Part shown: in pieces, positions 25,801 through 37,639 of the stretch
Layout: every line of letters begins with the position of its first letter
Position numbering within the stretch: position 1 is the stretch's first letter
Source of the DNA: Geosiphon pyriformis uo1
Taxonomy: Eukaryota; Fungi; Glomeromycota
DNA: 64,000 nt
Reading direction: 5' to 3'
Assembly: GCA_016748015.1 (NCBI GenBank)
Contig: JAAOMT010000647.1
Location: 4,880 to 68,879 of the forward strand
Made by a program: the position numbers and the translations under genes
The notes under the pieces: generated by a model
The model's input: the letters and a program-made list of their open reading frames with translations, nothing else
The model's database searches: none
Told to the model about the DNA's origin: nothing

Positions 25801-27080
25801 AAATTAAGCTTATAAATTAAGATAGAACAACAAAATTTTAGCTAAATCAGTATATAAAAATTGGCTAAAATCATTTTACAATATAGTATTATTATTTACC
25901 AGTAATATTCTATAATTAGAAGTATAATAAATACTAATTCAACCAAATAATATTTCATGAAATCTAAAACCAATTATAATTATTAACACAAACATATTAA
26001 CTTGATTTATTAAAACAATATATAAAAAATTAATACATATAACAAAAATAACTAAAAAATAAAAATTACAAACAATATCTATTTTTTAGTCTAACAATTA
26101 TTTTAACTTATCAAACATCAAAAATTAAACATAGAAATTACAATCAATTAACAAATTATTCAATACAAAGATACAAAAAAAAAACCAAAATTCCAATATA
26201 TAGTATATATAAGACCAAAAAACATAATAAATAACATAATAACAAAAGTAAAATTGTTAATAGAAACACCAAAAACAACAATACTATACAGGAAGTTAAC
26301 AAAAAAAAATTGAAAATGGTAAACACAACAATTTTCAAGAAACTTTTGTTATTACCACTTGGAACAAAAACTTTATATTTAAAACTTGTATACAGATAAA
26401 ACAAGATAAATATTTGACATAATAATATTACAACAAATAAAACAATTTGTAAGAAAAAATAATCTACTCATATAGATATAAACAATATACAGATTATAAG
26501 CAAAATTCCAAAACTGTTCAAAAATACTATTATACTTGACCATAAATACAGTAATCATTAAACAATTGAGAAAAATCACAAATGCCCAATTTAAAGAATT
26601 ACAGACTAAAATTGTTCAAGTAATTTTTAAAAAAAAAGTTATAGAACTAATTTAAAAGAGAGATTTAAGAAATTTTAATAAAGCTCAATATTAAAAGGAG
26701 AGAATAATATTATTTATAAAAATTAAAAACTATAATAATAAGTAAGATAGCCAATTAAAAATAGATATAGTAAAAAAAAAATTTCAGAATTCTAAAATTT
26801 CTGTTAAAAAAATTGAAAAATTTCAAGGAATCTCATATAACATGAATTATGTATATATAGCAAAAGTGTTAAAAGCAGAAAAAATATTTAATTAAGTTCA
26901 AAATAAAAATATTCTTTCTTTTAAAAGATAGTTTTTTATAATTTGAAATGGAATTATATTTATATCAATAAAACATATATTATTATCTAAATTCATATTA
27001 TTATCACTTAATTAAGAATATTAATTACTTCTTTATTATTAACAACTCATGTTAATAAACTCTAATACTTAATTCACAGA
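22888..27080 (+). pseudogene. Decayed family A Gypsy: RT, RNase H, IN, ORF3, PPT and truncated LTR; 22888-25885 duplicates ~5000-8005
   Basis: Colinear with 5000-8005 and shares its lesions. IN ATG at 24625. PPT aaaaggagagaataa at ~26693-26707, followed by an LTR-like start. Confidence 0.85.
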
Positions 27081-28389
27081 TTGGATATCACCTGGTTCAA
27101 ATGATTAACAAATGATAATTAAATTTAGTGGTTATACTTATTATAGTTTTTTCTTTGTTTTTAAATGTTTTGTTTTTCTTAATATTTATTATAATATGGC
27201 TCAAAGTCAACAATACACTGTAAATCTCCTTGACAAAGGTCTTATTATTTCTAAAACACATTATGGTTTGTTTACTCGGAATTGGTAAATTCATAAACAA
27301 TTTAAAAATGAGGTTTTACTATACCTTATTAACTATATATGCATATTGGTTTTAAACTAAACAAACAACAGTTTATAATAACAATAGTAAAACAAACTAA
27401 TTGTCAGAAACCTGGCTTTATTTGTACTAGTAGTTCAGAATTTAGTAATATTGAAAACTTATCTTTAATTACAATTAATACTTTGTATTAAAGTAATATT
27501 TGGTATTAAAACAGAATATTCGGGTCTTTCAATTCTTAGTTTCAATAATAAAGCTCTTGTTCAGAAATTAACAAAAAATATTTCATTTGTATCATTGTTT
27601 TTGAAAGTTGACAAATATACAATTGTTATTAATTTAATTGGATGTTTATCTTTCAAAAATTACTATGATGCAAGAACAAGATATATCTCAACAATAATGA
27701 CAAAAATAAGTGAATAACAATAACTCATTGTACAAAAAATTAACAAGTCTACTTGTTATTTACATATATATCAAACTGAAACATGTATTAAATCAATTAA
27801 AGGCAAAACACTCAATAACATTTAGAAAAAATTAGAAATTCTTACCAAATATGATAGAGAAACCCTTTTTGGTATTAAACATCTTGATACACAATCTTTA
27901 TTCTAATCAATGAATTATAAAAAATCATTTGTATATACACTAAATAAATAGAATAATAAAAATATACTAAAACACGTTTTTAATAAGCAGATCAAGACAA
28001 GAAAAATCCCTATGCAAATGTTAGATTAAATGGCTTTGTTTTGTGAATAGTATAATCAAAAGAGCAATATTGTTCAATTTTTAAAAATATCGAAAAAAAT
28101 TTACCTGCCAGATTATACTATATCAAAAAAAAATTATCTATTTGACAAGCCATGTTTCGAAATTGTGGATGTTATAAAATTACTTCATATAATAAAAAAA
28201 TAGCAAATATAGAATTTTGGACTAAATCAAACACATCTAATTATGATAAAAATATTTTAGAAACATTATATAATACTGGTCTTTTATGTGTAATATTATC
28301 TGAATTAATAATTGTTAACAATTCAAAAGAAGTAGTTACTTTTTAAAAGAGTTTTAGATTAATTTACAAATCTAATATTGATGGAGCAT

Positions 28390-29263
28390 TGTTACAAATG
28401 ATTATTTGAGGTCTCAAATTAAATAATAAACTCGTAACTTGGTACTCAATTGATATATTGATAATATTAATAATATGAAGATTTATCAATCTGAAGGTTT
28501 TGATTGAAGTTCTTTGTATAATGGACAGAGATTTGGTAAGAATGGTAGTCATTTTCTGGAATTGCAATTCTTGCCCAATTTTTTTCTCAGCTTGGTGGCT
28601 GGATTTATTTTGGCAGTTGTGCTCTTCTGGTAAGCTATCTGTTAATATATATATAATTTTACCTTTATTTCTGGGTCTTTTACCAGGCTATTTTTGATGT
28701 TAATAATTCAGTGCTTAATTCTTAATCAATTAGTAAACACAACAAAATAAAGAAAAAAAAAATAAAAAGAAATAAAGAAAAAATAAAGAAAATAAGCCAA
28801 TACAATTGCAAATTAGTATTCCATTAATAGCCATAATTAAGAGCTATTGTTCCAGTATGATTAAGTATCAATTACTATCAATATAAAGTGTTGATAATAG
28901 AAAGTAGATTGAGAATAATGAATAATTATTTATTAATATTTGTGATTTAGAAGATTGCTTAGATCAAATCTAAACTGAGAGGTTTGTCTTTTCTGTTTCT
29001 AATGCTACTGTTATATATACATATTTAAAATTCTTCAATTCCTCAATTTTTTATGTCAGGAATTCTGGAATTTCTGGAATCTTGCAATTTCTTTGAGAAA
29101 AATCCTGGAATTCTGTAATTCTGTAATTTTTTATACAAGAATTCTAAAATTCCTGAAATTTTGCAATTCCTCTAAGAAGAATCCTGGAATTTCACATTTA
29201 CTATGTCTACTTCTAATTGGCTAATTTATATGCTAATATACTTTCTATATTCTATAAGTAACA
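28390..29263 (-). repeat. Solo LTR, family A, with 4-bp TSD GCAT
   Basis: gcat|tgttac ... gtaaca|gcat. Confidence 0.9.
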
Positions 29264-29752
29264 GCATATGGTAAGATTAGAATTTTGTCTATTATTGTAG
29301 AAAAGTTTCCTTATTTAGTATTAAACCAATAGCTTAAGATAAAAAATCAAGATTTTTATAATATATTATATTCTAATATTTACTATAAAATTAGATTGAA
29401 TCAGATACAATAAATGCTACAAGAAAACATGCAAGATTATATGATTCTAAATTACCTCTTTTTAAGAAACCAAAGTGTATTTGCCAAAAAATATCTGAAA
29501 TCAAAAAATTGCAATTTATTGAATTTTTTTAGACAAAAATAATATTACTATGAGTTCTTACAAAGTAGATTCAAAATCAAATTTGTCTGTCTTGTATATA
29601 AAAGACCAAAAAAAAGCTTTGTAAGAAAAATTTTCTAAAACTTACTCAAATAGAATAAAAAAAACTTCATTTATGAGATGATTGGCTAATAATACATACA
29701 TTTGTTATTATGAAGATCTGGGTGACTTGTGTCAAATATGCAATAATTATGG

Positions 29753-30718
29753 TATTACAGATGATTATTTGGGGTCTCAAATCAAATAACAAACTCATAA
29801 CTTGGTGCTCAATAGCTGATATGGTTGGTAATTTCTGAAGGTGTTTTAATCTGAAGGTTTTAGTTAAGTTCTTTGTATAATGGACAGAAATTCAATAGTT
29901 GTTTTATCAATAGTCTCTCAGAATCACAATTCTATCAATTTTTTTCTCAGCTTGGTGGCCAGCAATTCTCTGATAAGCAATCCATAATTTTTATGCATTC
30001 TATCCACTTGCAGAAGTCTTTTATCAGACAATTCTTGACATTAATAACTCAGCACTTAATCCTTAATCAATTAATAAACAACAAAAAAAAATAAAATAAA
30101 GAAAAATAAAAGAAAATAAAATAAGAAATAAGTGTCCTGTCAATAACCATAATCAAGAGCTATTGTATTAGCAGGTTAAGTAGTAGATAATAACATGGAT
30201 TTAAGGAATTGAAGAGATATTTTATTTATATAATTTCATTTTGGTTAATAGCAACTATCCTTGAAATGAAGGTTAATAAATAAAGCAGAAAGGAGATTGT
30301 TTTAAATTAATAAAACTCTTTTGAATTTACCAGAAATTCTTTGTTGGCTTCATTGAATTCACCAGAAATTTTTTGTTGGCTGTTTTTCTAACTTTTACAA
30401 CTATTTGCTTTTATACATTCTTTTGGTTTTACAGAATTGCTTTTAATTGTTTTATTATTGTTAGCTATTGCTTTGCTATTTTGGTTATTGCTTTATTTTT
30501 CTACATTATTGCTAGTTATACTATGTTATAATATGTTATCCTATATTATTGCTAGTTATTCTATATTATAATACATTATTCTGTGTTATTCTGCATTATA
30601 ATACATTATTCTATATTATAATGTATTATTCAATATTATTGTGCATTATTCTGTGTCTTTTCATGTTTCATTATGTTTTTTTTTCTTTCTTTGATAGGCT
30701 TTCTTTTTTCAAGTAACA
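29753..30718 (-). repeat. Solo LTR, mosaic of families A and C; TSD ATGG/ACAG
   Basis: tattac...gtaaca termini. The host transposase reading (NYGY) is restored on removal. Confidence 0.8.
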
Positions 30719-33329
30719 ACAGTTATAAAGCATTCTTTGATTTAAAAAAACTGGTGCACAGAATCTTTACCAAGAAGGAAATCAAAGTTAGTATATATTG
30801 TATTTTATAATTAATACTATTTACTTACCTAAATTTTTAGGATAATGTCTTGTTACATATCAAAAAGCTATACCAACATATAAAATAAACTTATGAAAAT
30901 GAATTGACAATTAATGCTAATAGTACAATATCACATGATAATTATATTAATTATTGCTTGTTATATGTCTTTGTAGAATATGATAAATTACATTTTTTAT
31001 GTTGTCAAGGGTGTCAAGAACATTTTGAATTGTTTAAATTCATAAAATTTTATGTCAGCTCAAATGAATTTTCACAGTATGCAAAAATTAGAGATAGACT
31101 TTAATATTTTCTTACACATTAAGGAAGAAAAGCTTATCTAAATACACAATTCAAAGCTGCATTAAATCAGTTGGATGAAGATGGTGCTATAATCATAGCA
31201 GATTATAAAATATGAGTATTATCTCAATCAGCCAGGGAAACCAAAAAAGCATTTTTTGGCAAATAAGAATGGAACTTACATACAATTCTTGTGTTTATAA
31301 AAAAGTCTGATGAAAATAAATTGTTTGTTAGAGCTTATGACCACTGAAGTATAGATACCAAGCAAGATGCTTGGTTTACAGCTTTATTATTTAAAGCTGT
31401 ATTTGAAACAATACAAAAAAAACCAAAATGAATTTGCATACTTTCTGATAATGATTTTCATTATTACAATTCCCAGCTTATAACTATCATAAATCATTGG
31501 TTTAAATAGTATAATATCCGAGTGTTAGATTGGCAGTTTCTCAAACCAGGTGAAGCAAAGACTATAATAGATTTATATTATGTCTCAATAAGTAAATATA
31601 AGCTAGATTATATTATTTTTTTACTCACACTAATTTATTCAGATTGCCCATACAATTAAATAATATGTATGAATTAGATTTGATATTGCAGAGAGTAATA
31701 ACATCATAAAAGCCAATCAAAACCTTGCTGGCACTTTTTTTGCAAATATAAAACCAGATTGTGGTCAAATAAAAGTGGAAAATGAGAAAAAAAAAGCACT
31801 TGTAAAAATTATACTAGGAATTTTCAAGTATTATTATTGAAAATGGCCTACTAAGGGATCGCTAATGAGTTATATTTGCACATAGCCACTTCTATATATT
31901 GGTAATTAGAAGAATTATTTACTAACAACTATAGCAAATTTATGTAATACAGAGATTGTTAGACTGAAACCTTTTTTTTCAAAGCATACTGAAAATCTTA
32001 TTGATTAGGAGATGCAAATACCATGAATGTTAGATAGATCTAATCTGAAAGTTATTTGTAGCAACAATAATGTAAATAATACCAATATTACCTTTAAATT
32101 TAATTAGAAGATACTCAAAAAGCAGATGATATTGGAAATTAATCAATGATAAAATTAACTATTGGAGAGGCCAAAAAAAATCATGAAGTTAATGTGTCTT
32201 TTTGAATTGATTCTAAATAAAATAATAAGATTGTTTGATATTAATCTCATATTTGTAAAATATAAATTAAGATGCTGCTGCTTTTAGCCTGAGGTAAATC
32301 TTTTCATTGTGTTTACAAAGTCTTATATAAAATTTTAATCAAAAGAATTATAGCCTGATCAATCAAAAATACCCACTACTAAAAAGATGGGCACTAAAAC
32401 ATAATCAAAAAATAAGTGGAAAGAAAAAGGGAAAACATATGTCAAAAAATAAATATATTGTTGTAAAGTTTTTTTATAAACAAAAATTCAAATCCTCAAG
32501 ATTACATGTCAGCAAAAAAAATGCAAGTTAAATTTATGAAATTTGTAGAATCAGAAGAGATTGTACAAAAAAACATTCCAAAAGTAAATATGATCCAAAA
32601 TTGGATTGAGAGGTTTTTTCGTGCTTTTAAAGATACTGCAAATAAACAAGCATAACAAATATTAGAAATTGGTAAAGCTGAAAGTTTTTCAGGAGATATG
32701 ATAGTTATAGAAAATAAATAATAAGGAAAACCACCTGCAAAATTGATATCATTCTCACTATGTTTCAGTTTTTTTATTTTTGGCCATATTGTTCTCATAA
32801 AAAAACTGTTGAACATACCAATTAAGATAATAAAACAATAAATGGAGGTGTGATTAATCACTTTTCTATGTAAGTTTGACAAACAACTACCAAGTTATAA
32901 CAGAAAAACACTTCAATTAACTCTAGTTTGCTTAACAGAAAAGAATGTGTGAGTGTAATGAAACCAATAAAGTGTGCTATGATTATAAGATTTTTGTAAA
33001 CTTTTACACTTTTTTCAAAAAAAGGCATATTACTGACTGTAAAAATTTTGAATTGTTGAATGCTAATAATTTTTACTATATAAATGGAAACAAAAATGCT
33101 GGTTTTCTACATAGCAAAAGCTGTAAAAAAAAGCAAAATTGTTACTATTTTGTAAATGTGTCTTTATTTATCATTTTTGCAGAGACCTATATATTTGTAT
33201 TACTAATTGTTTTGATTAATGCAGTAGTTGCTAATAGCATAAAAAACCAGTGTTTGGTGTCTCTAATAGTAGATCTGCATAAAATTTTACTATGTATTAC
33301 ACACCTGATTATAACCAATCTGTGAATTA

Positions 33330-33407
33330 ACTATACTGAAACAATAGTTCTTAATTATGGCTATTAAAAAGATACTAATTTCTTATTTTCTTTTCATCTT
33401 TTATTTT

Positions 33408-33439
<32 letters not shown>

Positions 33440-34523
33440 TGTTATTTACTAATTAATTAAAAAAATTAAGTACTAAATATTTGATGTCAAAAATAGTTTG
33501 GTAAAAAACCCAGAAACAAGGGTAAAAATTTAAAAATAGCTTATTAAAAAGACATAACTATTAAAATAAACCAGCCATTATACTGGAAAAAAAATTCACA
33601 GAAAAAATTATCAATTAAATTTTTGTTCATTATACAAAAAACTCAACCAAAACTTTTAAAAATTATTAACATTTTTAACTATTAAGCATCAAGTTATGAG
33701 TTTGTTATTTGTTTCAATATTCCAAATAATTCTCTATAATATTAAACTAGTTAAGTATAATTGCTAGAATCTAACAATGTCTTTTTGTTCTTTTGGCAAG
33801 CTAATAAAATAATGTTAATATCTAATTTTAAGAAAAACGTTTCTTTTTTATTAGATTATTATAAAGTATATTTTCAAACAGTCAATTTTACAATGTTGTT
33901 GTTTTACAAAAAAATAAAATAAAAAATAAAAAATAAAAAATAAAAATAAAATAAAGAAGAAAAATTAATATTATTAATTGCTATGATTAAGAATAATTGG
34001 TTCAAGTTATTAAAGTTTTACTGCAATTATGCTAAGAGCATCTAATTAAAAACTAAGATAAAAAAAGTAATTAATTTAGTTAAAATATGTAAATTTGAGA
34101 ATTAGATATAAGTGATTTGATTTTGACTATTTTTTTTATTTAAAATAATATAAATATAAGATATAAATAAGATTAATATATAAAAAAAATAGAAAAAAAT
34201 TTGTTCTTGTCTATTTGTCTTTTTATATTTTTTAAAACTATTTGTTTTTATATATATTTTTTAGTTTTACAAGATTGCTTTTGATCATCTTGTTATTGTT
34301 AACTACTGTTTATTATTTCTGTTATTGTTTTGTTCTTTTATATTATTACTAATTATTCTAAGTTTTGACTAATTATTTTATATTATATTATATTATTATG
34401 TTTTTGTATTATGTTATTTTGAATTATTACATATTTTTCTGTGTTTTTTTATGTTATTATGTTTTTTTTATGTTATTATGTTTTTTTTATAACTTCAAAT
34501 TGGTCTTTTTTACTTGAATAATA
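33330..34523. repeat. Abutting LTR fragments: family A 3' part (+) to ~33741, then family C (-)
   Basis: Similar to 3490-3876 and to 38420-39241 respectively. Confidence 0.6.
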
Positions 34524-37500
34524 TTAATTTGTACAATAGAAATTAAGATAATTAAATTACACAATACTCTAAACCATATAATATTTAAAAATTTGCTGAA
34601 ATTTGTAAAAATTTACCAAAATAGTTAATAGTTTGTAGAAATAATTTGTAATTTATTAAAATAGATCTTTAATTTATTGTAATTATAGCAAAGAAAAAAG
34701 TTCAAATTTATAAACTGAATAAAAAAAAACTCTTTGTTTCCTTAATTTTATGATCACGACCAGAGCAAAGAGTAAAAAAACTGCACTTAATATTTGTCCT
34801 GAGATATCTAATAAAATTTCAACCAGAGGAGCTCTCTCTGTTGTAGAAGCAACTAAGCAAAACATTTTAGAAGCCTTTCTCTTACCCAGTAATCGTGATA
34901 AGCTGCCTTTGGTAGCCACTGAAGCAATTTCTTCATCTTTGGCTGGTTTCTCATCAGTCAAAGTCCCCTCAAAGAGACACACCTGGGTTAGTTCCAGTAT
35001 TGTCTCCACCTCAACCAAGAGCCCAAAAGTTTTTAATAATAGACCAGTAAATAAGCTGGTCTTCCCTTCTATAGATTCTACACTTGGTGCTTTTAGCACC
35101 ACCTCTTTAAAAAAAAATGGTCAAAAAGACCAAAAGTTCAGAAAAGTGGGGGCAGTCACTTGCCTCTGCTATTGTTACACCGAACCTCTTTGTGGTTCCC
35201 AATGAGATCTTAGATGAGATCTCCATAGCATTATCTGGCACATCATCCAAGATAGACCAAGATCAACCACTGGCTGTGTTGCCAAATGTGGTGTCTTCTG
35301 GCAGATCATTGCCAGTTGTAAAAGTAAAACAATCTTCTTCTGTTGGATCACCTGTTCTTGGAAACTGGGCTGATCAAATGGAAACTGATTCATCTCCTCC
35401 TCTAGTTTCTGGTGCTACTTCTGGTGGTGCTTGAGAAACTATTACTAGTTGTCAAAAGTTTGCTGGATGGGTGGCCTCTACTCTGGTGTCTGGTACTACT
35501 TTTAAGATCAAATTGGCTCATGTTAAGGCTGTTTTTCAGTCTGTGCATGGTTTCTTGGGTTTTAAATCTGTTTCAAAAGACAATGTGAAGCTTTTTTATA
35601 TGGAGTTTGCTTCTCAACAATCTTTGAAAGCTGCATTTCTGGTTGAGCTTGCAAGCTCTGTTCGTTTGGCCACTCTCAAAATTGCCAAGTCTGTGGTGGT
35701 TTCTAAATCTGGTTCTTTTTCTGCTGCTGTTGTGCTGCGTGATGTGCCTTTGGGTGTGTCTGCTGCTGATGTTAAGTTGGCTCTCAGTGTGTTTGGTAGT
35801 GTTACTTGTGTTGTGCTGAAGCCTGCTGGCATTTGGCAGTACGTGGTGGTTTATTTTGATAAGTTGGACTCTGCTGTGTCTGTCTTGAAACATTGGTCAG
35901 TCTTGATGGACAAGGATAGTATTAGAATCCTCCCTTTGGTGAATCAAAATGAGACTATTTTGTCTTATAATAAGTTTAAGGCCAAATTGGTCAACCTTCC
36001 TCTTGGCTGTACTGTCTTTGAAATTAGTGATATGATTTCTCAGATTGGTGGTTGAACATGTTTCATCCCTTGTTCTCCTGATTCTGGTCATTGTTTCCAG
36101 TTTGCTTTGGTTACATTTGACTTTTAAGGTGATTTAGATTCTGCTGTAGTCAAGACTGGTACTCTAAGAAAATGCCATATCTGGTGGGAAACTCCTGGCT
36201 GCCGGCATTGCTTTAGGTGTCAAGAAATAGGCCATCTGGCTGCAGATTGCAAGATTTCTCCATCTCCCACTCCCAAGGTTTTCAAGTCTCGTTTTGTGGG
36301 TTCTGCTTCATATGCCAAGACTGCTGCTCCTTCTGGTCTTTCTGAGTTTCTTTCTTTAGTGGCTTCTTCAGCTTCTGCTGCTAATCTCACTGTTAGTTCC
36401 AGGTTAAACTCTTTGGAAAAGCAGATTTCAGATTTGGCTGCTCTGGTTAAGTCTATTGTTGAGCCTGTTGGTTCTTTGGTTGCTTTGGTGTTTTGTCTTC
36501 TTAATGATAATGCCATTAAGGCTGTTCAGGTTGAGAAAGATATTGTTTCCATGAAAAGTGCTGCTAACAATTTTGTTAACTTCATGGTTGGAGTTTCTAA
36601 AGACATTGCTTGTCTTAGATCTGAGGTTGACTTTGGTGATATGGATTATGATGGTGTTTTGGCTACTAAGCCTTCCTTTTTAAGTAAAGATACTATTGAG
36701 CGTGTTATTGCTTTGTGGCAAATGTCTGGTACTGAAACCAGAGACAATATTGAGTCTACTAGATTGTTTCTTAGTGAGTTTATTTTTGATTCTAGGAATC
36801 TGAATGGTATTATGGAGAGAATTTGTGAGTTGGGGTTATTCTCACCTACTTTTGATTCAGCATAGTGAGTCCTTGATTGGGCTGAGTGTCTGATCACATG
36901 TAGAAAATGCATGATTTATGCCTATAATGTAATCCCTTCTGTAGTATCATAGTTTAGGTAGTATTTGGGTCTCGTTCGTTAAATAAAAAAAAAATAAAAA
37001 AAATAAACTAGTATTATAACAAGTTATATAAAAAAAAATCTTTTTTTTTTGAAAAAATGTAATTTTATCTTACTTTAAAATAAATTTTATCTAACTCAAA
37101 ATTATTTTATCTTAGAAATACTTTTATTTTTATTAATAAAATAATACTTTAAAAACAAAATTATTAATTATTTATACTTGAAATTCTATGAAACACAACT
37201 AATATTTTGAAATTGATTAGCTATTAATTTTAATAATTTGTTAATAATTATAAATCTAAACAGAAAATTTTTTTTTAACAAAATTTTTTTTTTTAATTTT
37301 TTTTTAATTTTTTTTTACTTTCTTATTATATATATTAAGATAGTCTACAAACAAGATTTTTGTAAAAAAGTTGATTTTTACAGCAAAATAACTACATATA
37401 TTTAATAAACTTTTAGACAAACAATTTCTAGAAAAGAGTTGATTTTTACTATAAAGTAATTACATAAAATAACTAATACAGAATTGGCTATTCTATTTAT

Positions 37501-37639
37501 AAGTTTAACAATTTAAACTATAGAAAATAATTTGAAGATAAAATTAGTTATTAAAGATTCAACAGCTTCCAATAATAGTGAATTTACAGCAAAATAACAT
37601 TAATAATATTCAAAAAAAAACTAAAAACTTTTAGTAATA
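34524..37639 (+). repeat. Decayed family B-like LTR split by the ORF1-only element
   Basis: 34524-34716 and 37003-37639 join into a sequence colinear with ~12955-13831. Confidence 0.7.
34717..37002 (+). mobile_element. ORF1-only retroposon, copy 2 (best preserved), with poly(A) tail and 7-bp TSD
   Basis: ATAAACT at 34710-34716 and 37003-37009. One ~700-codon ORF 34750-36865 with few stops and one frameshift in an A run. CFRCQEIGHLAADC knuckle. A tail 36981-37002. Confidence 0.88.

Larger units (their letters stand above)
27300..32660 (+). mobile_element. Decayed, intron-containing Sola3-like DDD transposase gene interrupted by two solo LTRs
   Basis: Remnants IIADYK, ARETKKAFFGK, DHWS.DTKQDAWFT, LSDN..HY, FL(E)PGEAKT.ID and C-terminal WALK..IPKV..IQNWI. 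Termini not found. Confidence 0.6.

Noticed and set aside
32780-33325. 126-aa ORF 32945-33325 as a gene
   Set aside because: No recognisable motif; lies in decayed repeat DNA.
34683-36912. Antisense ORFs over the ORF1-only element, and similar ones over gag/pol
   Set aside because: Shadow frames caused by strand compositional bias; no motifs.
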